A program made the position numbers and the translations under genes. The notes beneath the pieces are model-generated. The model ran no database searches. It saw only the letters and a list, made by a program, of their open reading frames with translations, and was not told the DNA's origin. Of a DNA stretch of 64,000 nt, positions 63,401 through 64,000 are shown piece by piece. The DNA is from an uncultured delta proteobacterium (GTDB taxonomy: Bacteria > Desulfobacterota > WTBG01 > CAIYCZ01 > CAIRTM01), in assembly GCA_963804955.1 (NCBI GenBank), contig CAWDSQ010000005.1:64001-128000 (forward strand), given 5' to 3'. Numbering within the stretch: the first letter of the stretch is position 1; each line of letters starts with the position of its first letter.

Positions 63401-63511
63401 CTGCCGCGGCCGATCCGCTCTGTTGAAGTCAATGGTGAGGCGCTTGAATTCTTCGAGGTTGATGGCTTTACCTTCAGCCAGTGCCCGGCCATGGTGGTGG
63501 TGAAGTTTTAG
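60415..63511 (+). CDS. CBM-like + discoidin (F5/8 type C) + (alpha/alpha)6 glycoside hydrolase-like protein, frameshift near 61115
   Basis: AMRLDFDF CBM-like start; NALDG..TGWRS..QWLLVDF (F5/8C); PGPRRYSRSWIRDG, EYDAYG, GLLPESMSHEGY, YWDDFW, QWPE, GDLPHTW. Confidence 0.8.
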
Positions 63512-63520
63512 AGCATAGCA

Positions 63521-63814
63521 CTAAATAGTGCAGACTGTATAAAGGTCTGAAAACGGAACCCCTCTCCGGTTGCATGTCTGCCTGCGGTTTATACCGGCGG
63601 GCAGGAGGATCTTGAACAGCAGCAGCGACAGTGCAATCAGACCGGCAAACAGCATTCTAAAAATCGAGCGGATGGCTGTGAAGCTTTGCTCTCTTTCCTC
63701 TGCGGTTGCGTCTAAAACCGAATCTGCAATGATTCGCGCAAGCGGCCCCGCAAGAAAAAATCCGCCCAAAAGTATGATTTCAATCAGATAGCGCTCAATA
63801 CTATCGGGTATCAT
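63521..63814 (-). CDS. Small hypothetical membrane protein
   Basis: Two hydrophobic helices; the 3' end is uncertain. Confidence 0.45.
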   Translation of the reverse strand: MIPDSIERYLIEIILLGGFFLAGPLARIIADSVLDATAEEREQSFTAIRSIFRMLFAGLIALSLLLFKILLPAGINRRQTCNRRGVPFSDLYTVCTI

Positions 63815-64000
63815 ATATCACATGAGTCCGGCTCGCATTTTTCACCCAAGCTGCACTGTGAGCCGGTTGGCAGTTCCGGTCAGGTGCTCACGCACCGCAG
63901 CCATATCGATTTGTGCCGCACCGGTGCGGTAGGGGTTGGCGGCCCGCGTACAGGGCAGGTCTACACCGTTGAGGCTCACCCCTGTAGGGCCCCAGCCGTT

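Noticed and set aside
1..64000. Selenocysteine readthrough or programmed frameshifting as the cause of split ORFs
   Set aside because: The breaks are frame changes rather than in-frame TGA at Cys positions, and they show no consistent slippery motif.

Overview
This is a bacterial chromosomal window, probably from an anaerobe of Desulfobacterota/deltaproteobacterial type (inference from two tungsten-AOR-family genes, an FrhB-like protein, a sigma54 activator and opgGH). No rRNA, tRNA, CRISPR array, transposase or phage gene is visible. More than 20 genes are split by single-base indels, which looks like unpolished long-read error, so I reconstructed genes across frames. Content in order: HigBA toxin-antitoxin; MoxR/VWA pair; FrhB-like plus sulfite-reductase-like pair; murU-amgK; AOR-DUF169-SDR; a one-protein PAS-kinase-receiver-sigma54 activator with an adjacent -24/-12 promoter; secreted esterases; an enoate-reductase-type flavoenzyme; a DUF1302-DUF1329-YCF48-MMPL module; a MarR-led membrane Fe-S/AOR operon; a hybrid kinase; feoB; and opgGH with a degenerate ABC transporter and a large glycoside hydrolase. 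The main hypothesis concerns about 5-46 kb, which is unusually rich in homologues of tetrapyrrole-handling folds. These are a bilin reductase/RCCR-like protein, an exported ferrochelatase-like protein, a chlorophyllase-like exported hydrolase, an HCAR/BciB-family FrhB protein, a BciA/BLVRB-type atypical SDR, two PCP_red-like domains and six split-barrel proteins, one with a hidden CxxCH. This suggests an undescribed anaerobic chlorophyll/heme/bilin uptake and degradation locus. All family calls come from motif recognition by eye, not from database searches.
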